From: a virus
Length of the DNA stretch: 64,000 nt
Strand: one strand, 5' to 3'
IMG/VR virus record: IMGVR_UViG_3300036861_000610
Coordinates: 1 to 64,000 of that record
In this document: positions 36,898 to 45,642 of the stretch, one piece after another
Layout of the letters: each line of letters begins with the position of its first letter
Numbering within the stretch: position 1 is the stretch's first letter
Made by a program: the position numbers and the translations under genes
Notes under the pieces: generated by a model
The model's database searches: none
What the model was told of the DNA's origin: nothing
The model's input: the letters and a program-made list of their open reading frames with translations, nothing else

Positions 36898-37476
36898 TCA
36901 CCTCTTGTCCAGGTACTTCCCGATAACCTGGGCCAGACCGTCAAGCGCCGACTCATCGGACGTAGCCCACGGGCCAGTGCGAACGGCCGTGTGGTCACGC
37001 ACCAACGATGCGCTCACGATCCCGAACTGGCGCTTGTACCTAATGTGCCAGGTCGGTGCAGGAGACGTAGATTCTGAATACATCTTCTGGGCCACCAAAG
37101 CGGTTCCCATTTTCGAGGCCAGCTCAAAGGTGGCCTCATCGGTGTTGTGACACCACTCGCCGCGAACGCGGACAACGTGACTGTCGTCAACGAAGACGGC
37201 GCGAACCTTCTGGCGCTGGCCGGCAACATAGGTGTCCCACTCGTAGTTGACGCCCGGCACCCAGCCCCGATCGGCGCCAGGGTACGGAGGCTCCCGATCC
37301 GCGATCAGAAGCTCCGTGTCGAGCGAGTGCCGCCAAAGTGGGATGTTCTTGATCCCCAGGATCCGTACAGCCACATTGACGGTTCCCACGGCGACCTCTT
37401 CGATGCGGTACGGGCCGCCACTGTTTACATAGATGCGGTCGCCGACCCGGAGGTCCTTGGCCTTGACGTAGATCAT
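36898..37476 (-). CDS. Hypothetical protein
   Basis: SD GGAG; ATGA overlap. Confidence 0.7.
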   Translation of the reverse strand: MIYVKAKDLRVGDRIYVNSGGPYRIEEVAVGTVNVAVRILGIKNIPLWRHSLDTELLIADREPPYPGADRGWVPGVNYEWDTYVAGQRQKVRAVFVDDSHVVRVRGEWCHNTDEATFELASKMGTALVAQKMYSESTSPAPTWHIRYKRQFGIVSASLVRDHTAVRTGPWATSDESALDGLAQVIGKYLDKR

Positions 37477-37871
37477 GACGATTCTCCCTTGTTTGTTGGG
37501 GACAGGTGCCAGGAGTCGTGGGTGCAGTTGTGCTCATCGCATTCGGTGCCACTGTTGTCGATGCCAAGAAGCTTTGTGCCGACCCAGATCGTTTTGCAGT
37601 CGCAGCCGAGGCAGTGAATGACCTCGGTGCCCTGCGGCGCGGCTTCGAGAGCCTTCAAGAAGCTGCGCAGCACGGGAACGTCCTGCTCGTCGAAGGTCAC
37701 ACGCCCTACGACGTAGCGCATCCCCCGGCTCGGCGGCCGTGGCGGCTCGAAGCCGGCCAGCAGTCGGTCGATGTGCGCCGGGCGCCGCGGTGGCGCGTAG
37801 CCGGTCGCGTAGGCCAGCTCCGGGTCACTGTCGTCTTCGATGGGAAAAATCCACCTGGCTGCCGTTGTCAT
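37473..37871 (-). CDS. Hypothetical Cys/His protein (paralog of 38393)
   Basis: WIFPIEDDSDPELAYA...CLGCDC...CDEHNCTH. Confidence 0.75.
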   Translation of the reverse strand: MTTAARWIFPIEDDSDPELAYATGYAPPRRPAHIDRLLAGFEPPRPPSRGMRYVVGRVTFDEQDVPVLRSFLKALEAAPQGTEVIHCLGCDCKTIWVGTKLLGIDNSGTECDEHNCTHDSWHLSPTNKGESS

Positions 37872-38083
37872 GACGTTTCTCCCTTGCCTGTAACCCGAGC
37901 TGGAGTCGGACAGTTGTGGTCCCATGTTGAATCGCCACACTGTGGGTCATGGCAGGTGTTCAACCGTTGCTCGTCGCGCAGCTCCTTCAAGTTCAGGAGC
38001 AAGGTCTCCAGATAACCGATGGGGTCAGTCACCTCGTCGGCCAGGTAGAGGTCCAGGTTCTGGATGATCGAGTCGAGGGTCAT
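37868..38083 (-). CDS. Hypothetical protein
   Basis: SD AGGAG; ATGA overlaps. Confidence 0.7.
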   Translation of the reverse strand: MTLDSIIQNLDLYLADEVTDPIGYLETLLLNLKELRDEQRLNTCHDPQCGDSTWDHNCPTPARVTGKGETS

Positions 38084-38379
38084 GGCTTTACTCCTGGGGG
38101 GATTCGGGGGTAAGCGTCTTCTTCGTCGATCGCGGCCAGTAACTGCCGCACTGCGTCCAGGTCCGATGGCAACAGGACCAGAGTGCGGACGCCCGAGTCG
38201 ATTTGGTAGGTCATGAGGTTGCGGGAGCGGTCCACGACTCGGTACGCCATGACTGGCTCCTGGTTAGCGGTGATCGTGTACACCTTGCCTTTGAAGCCTG
38301 CCGGCGGGGAGTCGAGGCAACCGGTGCAGCCGGCGGCGTACTGGCAGTCCCGGCGGCGGTGCTCGTTGTGCATACCCAT
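38080..38379 (-). CDS. Hypothetical protein
   Basis: SD AAGGAG. Confidence 0.7.
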   Translation of the reverse strand: MGMHNEHRRRDCQYAAGCTGCLDSPPAGFKGKVYTITANQEPVMAYRVVDRSRNLMTYQIDSGVRTLVLLPSDLDAVRQLLAAIDEEDAYPRIPPGVKP

Positions 38380-38392
38380 GGTTTTCTCCTTC

Positions 38393-38896
38393 TTACGAAA
38401 TCGGCTTGTGGGTTGCAGGCGTCTCGGGGCTGTGAGGACAACGTGAGACACTGTCGTCGTAGGAGCGGATCCAGTCGATGACACCGGGCCTGTCTTCGAT
38501 AGCCCTGAGGCCTTCCCCGCAGAACCGGCACCGGGCATCACGCCTGGTGTTCCAGGACGTGTGCCGGCAGTCGTGCTCATCGCACTGGGCGCCAGTGTTT
38601 TCAGTGCCCCGCAGCTCGGCCCCGACCCACACCGCCCGGCAGCCACAGCGGACACAGGTGATGAACTCAGTGCCCTCCGGCGCCGCGTCGAGGGCCTTCA
38701 AGAAGGCCCGCAGTAACGGCAGGTGGCCTTCCATGATGACCAGGAAGCCGTCGTCGCCAATCACGTATCGCATCGGCCCTCTAGGGACTTCCTTGTGACG
38801 CTGATTGAAGTCCCGGGTCCGGTGCCCCATGGCATACGCCAGCTCGGGGTCGTCGTCGTCGTCTACCGGGAACACCCACTCAACTGGCTGGCCCAT
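38393..38896 (-). CDS. Hypothetical Cys/His protein (paralog of 37473)
   Basis: WVFPVDDDDDPELAYA...CVRCGC...CDEHDCRH. Confidence 0.75.
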   Translation of the reverse strand: MGQPVEWVFPVDDDDDPELAYAMGHRTRDFNQRHKEVPRGPMRYVIGDDGFLVIMEGHLPLLRAFLKALDAAPEGTEFITCVRCGCRAVWVGAELRGTENTGAQCDEHDCRHTSWNTRRDARCRFCGEGLRAIEDRPGVIDWIRSYDDSVSRCPHSPETPATHKPIS

Positions 38897-39102
38897 TACT
38901 CCTCGATCCAAATGCGATCAACGGTTGACGTCAGAAGCGTGGTCACGAACCCGTCATGACCCTTGGGGTCATCCTTGAAGCAGCCGACATTGTGCTGCTC
39001 CCGTTTCTGGCCGCGAAGGAATGTGGTTGCATCGCCATCCCACTCCGCGCCTGATCGTTGGATGAAGTGGCCGCAGGACAGCAGGGCTATCAACCTGGTC
39101 AT
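38896..39102 (-). CDS. Small hypothetical protein
   Basis: SD AGGAG; LSCGH motif. Confidence 0.65.
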   Translation of the reverse strand: MTRLIALLSCGHFIQRSGAEWDGDATTFLRGQKREQHNVGCFKDDPKGHDGFVTTLLTSTVDRIWIEE

Positions 39103-39161
39103 TGATGTACTCCTGGGAGAGAAGGTGGGGCGCGGCCGGGTGACCGCGCCCCAAGGGCGAA

Positions 39162-40223
39162 CTACTGGGCGGCGACTTCCAGCGCCAGCTTCATCGCCTT
39201 GCGCTTGAGCGGCTCCGGCTTCATCAGGTTCCGGTTGAGCCGCGTCTCCCAGGTCCGTGCCGTGCGGACGTGGTCGAGGTACTCGCCGGCCGCCTGCACC
39301 AGGCCGTACGCGGTGTGGATGACGGGCTCGTTGGTGGGCGACAGGAACAGCTGGCGGAGCTTGTCCTGCGCGGCGTGCACGTTGCCCAGCACCCGCTCGG
39401 TGGCCAGACCCTGCGGCGGCTCCGGGATGAATGCCGTCACAAACAACTCCCGCTGGCCGGCGGTGACGGGCACACCCAGCAGGCTGGTGGCCATCTCCTT
39501 CCAGGCCTGCATCTCGCGGCGGGCGCCGGTGACAGCCTCGCGGGCCTCCGGGACCCGGTCGCGCCACTTGGTGCTGTGCCGGAACGCGTAGGTGGCGCCG
39601 TGACGCTGGCCTTCCATCTCGGCCATGTTGAATGTGTTCTGGCAGACGATACGAACCGCGGTGGTACGCAGCGCGCAGGCGCCGGTGCCGTCGTGCCGGT
39701 TCGTGATGGCCAGGTACGGGTAGGTGGCGCTGCCGTCGCCGGGCAGCTCGATCGGCTCGTCCAGCTTGACCAAAACCCAGACGGCCTTGCCGTTGTTGAG
39801 CGAGCCCGCGGTCTCCCACTTGACGTTGGTCTGGCCGAGGACCGCCTCGATGATCTCGCCCATGGAGGCGTGGTCAATGAGGGTGTAGCCGTCGGACACG
39901 ACCGACAGGATGTTGCCGTTGTCGGAACGGACGATGTGCTTGTCGCTGGGGTTGGTCTCGATCTCGGGGACCTCGACGGTGCTGTAGCTCTTGACCTTGT
40001 ACAAGGGCTGCTGCAGCTCGTCCATGCCGTACAGCTCCAGCTCGGGAACCTCGATCTGCTTGGTGCCGAGCTGACGGAAGACGGGCTCCTCGACGGGCTC
40101 CCAGTCGAGGCCGGCGAGCTTACGGGCCTCATCCCAGCTGCCGGGGTAGTCCGGCAGGATGATGCCCTCGTTGTGCCAGGGGGCAATCCGGACCGAGAAC
40201 ATCGAATCGACGAGAGCTGACAT
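39162..40223 (-). CDS. DUF932-family phage/plasmid protein
   Basis: PWH..G, AGLDW, ETAGSL..G..VW, N.HDG, VRIVC.NT, RH motifs. Confidence 0.85.
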   Translation of the reverse strand: MSALVDSMFSVRIAPWHNEGIILPDYPGSWDEARKLAGLDWEPVEEPVFRQLGTKQIEVPELELYGMDELQQPLYKVKSYSTVEVPEIETNPSDKHIVRSDNGNILSVVSDGYTLIDHASMGEIIEAVLGQTNVKWETAGSLNNGKAVWVLVKLDEPIELPGDGSATYPYLAITNRHDGTGACALRTTAVRIVCQNTFNMAEMEGQRHGATYAFRHSTKWRDRVPEAREAVTGARREMQAWKEMATSLLGVPVTAGQRELFVTAFIPEPPQGLATERVLGNVHAAQDKLRQLFLSPTNEPVIHTAYGLVQAAGEYLDHVRTARTWETRLNRNLMKPEPLKRKAMKLALEVAAQ

Positions 40224-40277
40224 GGCTTCCTCCTGGGGGTAGGGGTGAAGTTCTTCGTTTTTTTTCTTACAGGAACG

Positions 40278-40307
40278 AAGTTACCGCACCCCTACCCCGG
40301 GGTGCAA
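40278..40307 (-). promoter_or_regulatory. Putative promoter with CCCC..GGGG spacer element
   Basis: TTGCAC-CCCGGGGTAGGGGTGCGG-TAACTT. Confidence 0.55.
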
Positions 40308-40325
40308 CCCCTGGAGGAAGATTTT

Positions 40326-41012
40326 TTACAAGAAAAAGTGGCGACGCACTTTGAGCAGCCACTCCTCAACCGGCTCCGTGTCCGGCCGCTCCGGCAGCGC
40401 CGGCTCAACCTCCTTGAAGCGGGCCTCATAGCTCAACAGCTGCTCCTCGGCCACCGTTGGATCCTGGGCCACAGCCTCTCCGAACCTGTGATACCAGGCC
40501 GGATTCTCCAGCCTGATCTGCAGCTGCGCCGTCGAGTACAGCTGAAAACCCTGATGCAGCAACCGCAGCAGATGCCGGGCATGCTTCGCAGTCCGCTTCT
40601 TCAAGTCGGACGAGAAGTTCCCCTCCCGCTTGACCAATCGATCAAACTGCTGCCGGGCATAACCCAGGTACGCGGCCTGCACCCGCGGCGCTGACAGGAA
40701 CGACCCCCGGATCTCGATGAGGTCAAGCCCCAGTGGATGCCGGAACTCGTACAGATCCTCAGGCAGCCACAACAACTCGTTGACCGTGGGGTTGCCGCTA
40801 AGCACCAGCCGACAGAACTTGGCCGCCTCGTGGAAGGTGTAATCCGACGGCTTAGTGAAGACCACCGACTCCTGCGGCTCACGCAAACCGTGCAGCATTA
40901 CCGTAGGCATCGCGTACATACCCAGCCGGTCCGTATCGGATTGCGGCGTGGACAAGCCATACGCCTGCGAGCCGACAACGCCCAACAGGAGCACAGCGCC
41001 AGGGGGATTCAT
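40326..41012 (-). CDS. Pol-beta-superfamily nucleotidyltransferase (YcgL/RlaP-like)
   Basis: VGSQAYGLSTPQSDTD; GNPTVNELL; KHARHLLRLL. Confidence 0.85.
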   Translation of the reverse strand: MNPPGAVLLLGVVGSQAYGLSTPQSDTDRLGMYAMPTVMLHGLREPQESVVFTKPSDYTFHEAAKFCRLVLSGNPTVNELLWLPEDLYEFRHPLGLDLIEIRGSFLSAPRVQAAYLGYARQQFDRLVKREGNFSSDLKKRTAKHARHLLRLLHQGFQLYSTAQLQIRLENPAWYHRFGEAVAQDPTVAEEQLLSYEARFKEVEPALPERPDTEPVEEWLLKVRRHFFL

Positions 41013-41023
41013 AGGCCCTCCTC

Positions 41024-41542
41024 TCAGGGACTGGGTGCGCACCAACCGTTGCCACGATTTGGTTGCTCGGTCAAGAAATTCTCGCCAGCCTCAAATGCGG
41101 CCAGCACGTCCTCGACCGGTTCGTCTTCTACGAAGAAGTCGTCATCGTCCATGACTTCGCGAAGCGGCCGGCGCCGCCCGTTGACAGCATTCTCCAGCGC
41201 CTTTTTCAGGGCGGCAACCTGCTTTGGATCCGCGTTGATTTCGTCTGTAATCCGTTGACCTTCTCCTCGGCGTAGCTCCTCCAGCTCTTCCTCGCTGTAG
41301 GTCACAGCTTCCGCAGGATTGGCCACGGAAGCCAGCTCCTTCGCCCGCGCCAACAGCGCCTCATCATCCTCGATCAGCGCCAAGCGCTGCAAAATCTCCT
41401 GGCTGTCGGCGATGACGCGTTCGGCCACCTCCCGGAACTTCTCGGCCCGCAGTTCCTCGGCATACGCCGACAGCTTCTCGATACGCGCCTGCGCCGCCTC
41501 AGTGCCGACGAAGGTGGGTTCGACTACAGGTTCTTCAGCCAT
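41024..41542 (-). CDS. Acidic helical hypothetical protein
   Basis: ORF in operon; Glu-rich. Confidence 0.65.
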   Translation of the reverse strand: MAEEPVVEPTFVGTEAAQARIEKLSAYAEELRAEKFREVAERVIADSQEILQRLALIEDDEALLARAKELASVANPAEAVTYSEEELEELRRGEGQRITDEINADPKQVAALKKALENAVNGRRRPLREVMDDDDFFVEDEPVEDVLAAFEAGENFLTEQPNRGNGWCAPSP

Positions 41543-42600
41543 GAGCTGATGATGCCGTACGACGCCCCAGCCGTTGGGTGCAATGCCAGATCGTGACCCG
41601 AGGTCGCCACCGTATACACCTTGAAGCTCTTAGCGTGAGCGTAGAACGGAGCCTCGTTTGCCGTCACAGCAGCACCGTCGGCACAGTTGAACACAGCCGG
41701 CTGGTAGCAGAAGATCGCGTCCTCCTGGCCGTTCACTACAAGCACCGGCACAGTGATCTGGTTCGAGATGTTGTCCCCGACCGCCACGTTACGGTCAGCC
41801 AGGAAGCTCAGCAGGCCCGTCAACGACACCAGGTCCTTGTTCTTCTCGTCGAGTGCGATCAGGGCAGGATCCGAGCTAGGGGAGTGGAAACCAGAAGCCC
41901 GCGCCCCAACCCGAGTGGTCAACCACCCGTTGTCCAGTGGCGGGTTCAGGTCCTTGAACTTGTCGTCCTGGTTTGCTGGGTAGTTGCCGGCAGTGACGGC
42001 CGGGTTCGAGGGCCGGTGCAGGTAGCCGGTGAGGATTACCGTGCTGACGTCGGCATACTTCTTCGCCTCGGCCAGGACCACGCCTGAGCCGTAAGAGTGT
42101 CCAACAGAGTTGACCTTCTGGTAGCCCAACGCCCGCACGCCAGACACCAGCTGGTGCAGCACAGCTGCGTCGGAGGCCATGGTGATCTCGGCGCTGGCCA
42201 ACGTGTCGTCAATCGGGTTGGTGCTGGTGCCGTTGCCGACCCGGTCGTAGGCTACCGTGGCACGGCCGTCGGCCAGTGCCCGACCTACGTAGGAGTACAG
42301 GGCCCCGCCGTCAGGCCAGTCCCAGTACGAACGGGTGTAGGTCGAGCCGGCGGTCAGAACATCCACCTCACGGGTCCACCGGAACGGGACGCAGAGGGTG
42401 ACACCCACCTCCCAGGACCGCGGTGCACCATCCGCGGGTGCTACAGGCGCGCCCAGCTTGATGCAGGCGCCCTTGCGTGAGGGATGGGTGTAGAAGGCGA
42501 AGTCGCGGCCCATCGGATGATGGGCCTGGGCAGCAGTAGGTACCAGAACGGCGGCGGCCACGGCCGCCAGCGCTGCCAGTACTGCGAACGTTTTTCTCAC
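41524..42600 (-). CDS. Secreted alpha/beta hydrolase
   Basis: Signal peptide ending AQA; nucleophile GHSYG; VNGQED; GHDL. Confidence 0.85.
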   Translation of the reverse strand: MRKTFAVLAALAAVAAAVLVPTAAQAHHPMGRDFAFYTHPSRKGACIKLGAPVAPADGAPRSWEVGVTLCVPFRWTREVDVLTAGSTYTRSYWDWPDGGALYSYVGRALADGRATVAYDRVGNGTSTNPIDDTLASAEITMASDAAVLHQLVSGVRALGYQKVNSVGHSYGSGVVLAEAKKYADVSTVILTGYLHRPSNPAVTAGNYPANQDDKFKDLNPPLDNGWLTTRVGARASGFHSPSSDPALIALDEKNKDLVSLTGLLSFLADRNVAVGDNISNQITVPVLVVNGQEDAIFCYQPAVFNCADGAAVTANEAPFYAHAKSFKVYTVATSGHDLALHPTAGASYGIISSWLKNL

Positions 42601-42663
42601 TCCAGGAACCTTCTCTCCAAGAAAAAACGGCCCGGCCAAGTGGCCAGGCCGCGGGGCGGTGCG

Positions 42664-42733
42664 TAGCGAGCCCCGGATTTGAACCGGGCAAGCCGCCCGT
42701 ATGAAAGGCAGCTGGTACCCAAGACCGCTCGCC
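42664..42733 (-). tRNA. Compact non-canonical tRNA (CAT; Met or Ile2)
   Basis: No acceptor-D linker; 7-bp anticodon stem; loop TT-CAT-AC; 3-nt variable loop. Confidence 0.65.
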
Positions 42734-42760
42734 AAAGGCGAGAATCCACAGTGGACAGCA

Positions 42761-42907
42761 TTAATGCTCTGGCCGGTAGCGCTCATTGCGACGAGCGCGT
42801 TCCTCTTCCTCGGCGATCTTGTCGTTGCGAGCCTTTTCGTCGTCAAGAACTCGCTGGCGTTCCCGGGCCGCCTCCGCGGCGGCCTCATCGCGTTCCCTAT
42901 CACTCAC
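42761..42907 (-). CDS. Short charged helical peptide, leaderless after tRNA-Cys
   Basis: MSDRERDEAAAEAARERQRVLDDEKARNDKIAEEEERARRNERYRPEH. Confidence 0.5.
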   Translation of the reverse strand: MSDRERDEAAAEAARERQRVLDDEKARNDKIAEEEERARRNERYRPEH

Positions 42908-42908
42908 G

Positions 42909-42984
42909 AGCCGCAGGGGGGAGTCGAACCCCAAGTTTTACAGGTTTTGCAGACCTGCCGCTGCGCCGGCAACGACCCCACGGC
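42909..42984 (-). tRNA. tRNA-Cys(GCA), atypical Sec-like fold
   Basis: Loop CT-GCA-AA; U73; 6-bp D stem with 4-nt loop; 6-bp anticodon stem; possible 8/4 acceptor/T. Confidence 0.75.
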
Positions 42985-43004
42985 CTAATCTGACCCAACT
43001 GGGT

Positions 43005-43175
43005 TCAGATCGCTGACTGGAAGCCAGCAACAATGCCTGACGAATCATCATCGTTTTTAGCTACTCGCTTCATGATCGAAGCAAGCACCGGATTGATGTC
43101 CCCCAGAAACTCGATCAGGTTCAGGTCGGTCAAATCTGGTAGGGCGTCTGCGTCAACGCCACCATCGGTGCTCAC
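43005..43175 (-). CDS. FxSxx-COOH RiPP precursor-like peptide (FxsA type), orphan
   Basis: LPDLTDLNL..L....PVLA..MKRV...VAGFQSAI-stop; SD AAAGGA. Confidence 0.75.
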   Translation of the reverse strand: MSTDGGVDADALPDLTDLNLIEFLGDINPVLASIMKRVAKNDDDSSGIVAGFQSAI

Positions 43176-43228
43176 CGTCGCTGCCTTTCCTTTATTCAAT
43201 GTGTACCCATTCGCTTAATAATGGAGTG

Positions 43229-43300
43229 TACCCCTGGGGAGAATCGAACTCCCGCCCCGGCCTCCGGAGGACCATGCTCTATCCACTGAGCTACAGGGGT
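43229..43300 (-). tRNA. tRNA-Arg(CCG)
   Basis: Loop CT-CCG-GA. Confidence 0.9.
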
Positions 43301-43340
43301 GAACCTGCGAAGACAAGTCCCCTAGGACTAAGCTCGCAGT

Positions 43341-43937
43341 ATGCCAAATCATCGTTCCTACACCGATGAACAACTTGAGATGGCCATTGCCTCCGCGGTC
43401 TGTTGGTCAGACGTTATGGAGTATCTGGGAAAATCCCGATCGGCAAACCCAAGGTTCGTAAAAGAGGTCGCGGCTCGACTGAAGCTCGACACGGCCCATT
43501 TCCGGAATCCGGCCCAAGTCTTCAGAACCTCGGCCTTTCCGCCTTCGTCGGAGGTGGCCAAGGGTCATGCCGGTTTAGGTGTGGCGATTGCCTGGTTCAT
43601 GAGCCGGGGGTACATGGTTCTTTTACCGATAGAGCAATCACCCTACGACCTGGTAATCGATACTGTCGATGGGTTCAAAAAGATTCAGGTGAAATCGAGC
43701 CAGAGGTCGGTTGAACCCCGACAGCGACGTGCAGTTAGATTGACCCGAAGGCTGTATGACTCTTCGGTGCCCGCAAACGCAAATGGAACTTATCGAATGG
43801 TTCAATACAAGGCCCATGAGGTTGACTACTTCTTCATCATCGTGGGCGATGGCCGCACCTATCTCATACCCTTTGAAGCTGTTCGCGACAAGTCTTCGAT
43901 CGTGCCCGAAGACAAGTATCAAGACTTTATGGTTTAG
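43341..43937 (+). CDS. PD-(D/E)xK endonuclease (probable homing endonuclease)
   Basis: YTDEQL..AI N-domain; PYDLVI...KIQVKS...EVDYF; antisense within the tRNA array. Confidence 0.8.
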   Translation: MPNHRSYTDEQLEMAIASAVCWSDVMEYLGKSRSANPRFVKEVAARLKLDTAHFRNPAQVFRTSAFPPSSEVAKGHAGLGVAIAWFMSRGYMVLLPIEQSPYDLVIDTVDGFKKIQVKSSQRSVEPRQRRAVRLTRRLYDSSVPANANGTYRMVQYKAHEVDYFFIIVGDGRTYLIPFEAVRDKSSIVPEDKYQDFMV

Positions 43938-44463
43938 GCCTTAGACCTATGTCAAGGTCCAAGACTATCGACTTCACCTGCTCGCACAACCGGCGACGGG
44001 ACATCCGACCTGGGTCCAGCACAATCCCTGTCCGCTGAGCCCGCACCGATTTCCGGAGCAAGTCCCGCAGGCGCAGGTTGTACTGCGTAAGCCACTGAAC
44101 GTCGTCCGGTCGGTAGTGCCCGATCCTGGCCTCCAGACGCTTCTTCACGTTGGCAACCGACACATCGATCAAGACGAAGTGCACCGGCACATCCTCTGGA
44201 AACGCTCCAGATTCGATCGCCTCATGCGGCTTGGTAATCCCGCAGACGACCGTTGACTTCCCCTCCCGGGCGCGGACTGCAGCCTCATGCAGCAGCAGCT
44301 CCACTCGGAAGATTCGCCAGGGGCCTGTGCCGGCCGCCGGGATGCCGTCCTCGTCAATGTCGTGGAACTCGACGTCGGCAAGGTCCGGATCCTTGCGCAG
44401 TGCCTCAAACACCGTGGTCTTGCCGGCAGTGCTCACGCCCGTAATGAAGATGATGCTGGCCAT
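43927..44463 (-). CDS. P-loop kinase (nucleotide/polynucleotide kinase-like)
   Basis: FITGVSTAGKTT; lid RxxxR; ATG 2 nt after tRNA-Arg discriminator. Confidence 0.75.
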   Translation of the reverse strand: MASIIFITGVSTAGKTTVFEALRKDPDLADVEFHDIDEDGIPAAGTGPWRIFRVELLLHEAAVRAREGKSTVVCGITKPHEAIESGAFPEDVPVHFVLIDVSVANVKKRLEARIGHYRPDDVQWLTQYNLRLRDLLRKSVRAQRTGIVLDPGRMSRRRLCEQVKSIVLDLDIGLRPKP

Positions 44464-44464
44464 G

Positions 44465-44537
44465 CGTCCTCGACTGGATTCGAACCAGCAACCTGCGGCT
44501 TCGGAAACCGCCACTCTCTCCGTTGAGCTACGAGGAC
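44465..44537 (-). tRNA. tRNA-Arg(CCG), second copy
   Basis: Loop TT-CCG-AA. Confidence 0.88.
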
Positions 44538-44538
44538 T

Positions 44539-44614
44539 TGGGGTGACTGGCCGGAGTCAAACCGGCGTATCCGGGTTCACAGCCCAGCGCTCTAATTCGT
44601 TGAGCTACAGCCAC
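44539..44614 (-). tRNA. tRNA-His(GTG)
   Basis: Loop CT-GTG-AA; C73 plus encoded CCA; no encoded G-1. Confidence 0.85.
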
Positions 44615-44616
44615 AG

Positions 44617-44700
44617 TGGGAGCGGAGGGACTCGAACCCCCTAAGCAATTACGCAACCGGGTTACAGCCGGCCCCACCTCACCATCGGTGGCGCGCTCCC
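44617..44700 (-). tRNA. tRNA-Tyr(GTA)
   Basis: Loop CT-GTA-AC; long variable arm. Confidence 0.9.
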
Positions 44701-44708
44701 ATAGGCAG

Positions 44709-45209
44709 CTAATGCTGCCGCAACTCCTTGCGCCAATCAGTCTGGCGCAACACTTCCCAGCCGTCCGCATCGAGCAGAGGCTCATCCCAGCACAAGTCCA
44801 GACACTGGGTGAAGGCGCTGTCCAACTCCTCCTGCGAATCGAAGGCGCTGTCGTCCTCCTCCGAGAACTGAACTCCGAACCCGCGGCCAAGCCACAGGTT
44901 GGGCAGCTCCTCGTCCCGGGCGCCGGCCTCGTAGGCCTCGTGCCATTCGTCCATCGTGGTCCGAGGGTCGTTGGCGGGCAGCAGCTCAGCCTCAAACCAG
45001 TCCGGCCCCAACGCCACAGACGCCCAGCCGTGCCGGTAACGGAAGTAGAACACCCGGCCGTCGGTCAATACGCCCCAGTGCTGCACTGGGCACCAGCCCC
45101 CGCCGTGGGAGGTGGCTACCCGCGGGTCGTTGAGACTGTTCTCCTGGCCAGGTTCGCGGCGCAGAAGCTCCTCCCAGGTGGAGGGAAACCACTTCGGGAT
45201 CTCCGCCAT
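44709..45209 (-). CDS. Hypothetical protein
   Basis: SD GAGGG; CPVQHWG...FYFRYRHG motif. Confidence 0.7.
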   Translation of the reverse strand: MAEIPKWFPSTWEELLRREPGQENSLNDPRVATSHGGGWCPVQHWGVLTDGRVFYFRYRHGWASVALGPDWFEAELLPANDPRTTMDEWHEAYEAGARDEELPNLWLGRGFGVQFSEEDDSAFDSQEELDSAFTQCLDLCWDEPLLDADGWEVLRQTDWRKELRQH

Positions 45210-45232
45210 GCTGTTGCCCTCCTCCAGGAAGA

Positions 45233-45406
45233 TCAGACCGTGCCTTTACCACCACAGTTGCCGCAAGCCTTGTGGGCTCGACCACTGCCGCCACAGCCGC
45301 CGCAGGTTGTGCGACTACTTCCACTCCCAACCTGGCCCTGACCTCTGCAGGCGGGACAGGTGTCCATCTTGCCGCCAGAACCGCCGCATGCACTACACGT
45401 AGCCAT
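45233..45406 (-). CDS. DnaJ-type zinc-ribbon microprotein (ZnF-10)
   Basis: CSACGGSG..CPACRGQG..CGGCGGSG..CGNCGGKG. Confidence 0.8.
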   Translation of the reverse strand: MATCSACGGSGGKMDTCPACRGQGQVGSGSSRTTCGGCGGSGRAHKACGNCGGKGTV

Positions 45407-45431
45407 GTTGGCCTTTCCTGAGGGGGAAAAG

Positions 45432-45519
45432 TTGACTGACGACAGGAATCGAACCTGCATAGATGTCATCTCGCACGAGGCATCGTTACCGGGCTCAGGG
45501 ATCCTGCGTGCGCAGTCAA
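45432..45519 (-). ncRNA. Aberrant tRNA-like RNA
   Basis: Closing stem TTGACTG/CAGTCAA; T arm GCAGG-TTCGATT-CCTGT; no canonical anticodon loop. Confidence 0.4.
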
Positions 45520-45567
45520 ACCCCTTCCTCCGGCTCCAGGCCATCTGGGACCATCAGCCAACAATCG

Positions 45568-45642
45568 GGTGACCGAGGGGCCACGATCCCCCCGCCTCCG
45601 GATCCACAGTCCGGCGCTCTACCAAGATGAGCTACGGCCACC
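45568..45642 (-). tRNA. tRNA-His(GTG), second copy
   Basis: G-1/C73; loop CT-GTG-GA; atypical T loop ATCGTGG. Confidence 0.85.

Noticed and set aside
268-41258. Long antisense or alternate-frame ORFs (e.g. 268-1017, 3031-4098, 12457-13533, 30388-31536, 39270-40220)
   Set aside because: Shadows of real high-GC genes: no SD, no motifs, and full overlap with better-supported ORFs.
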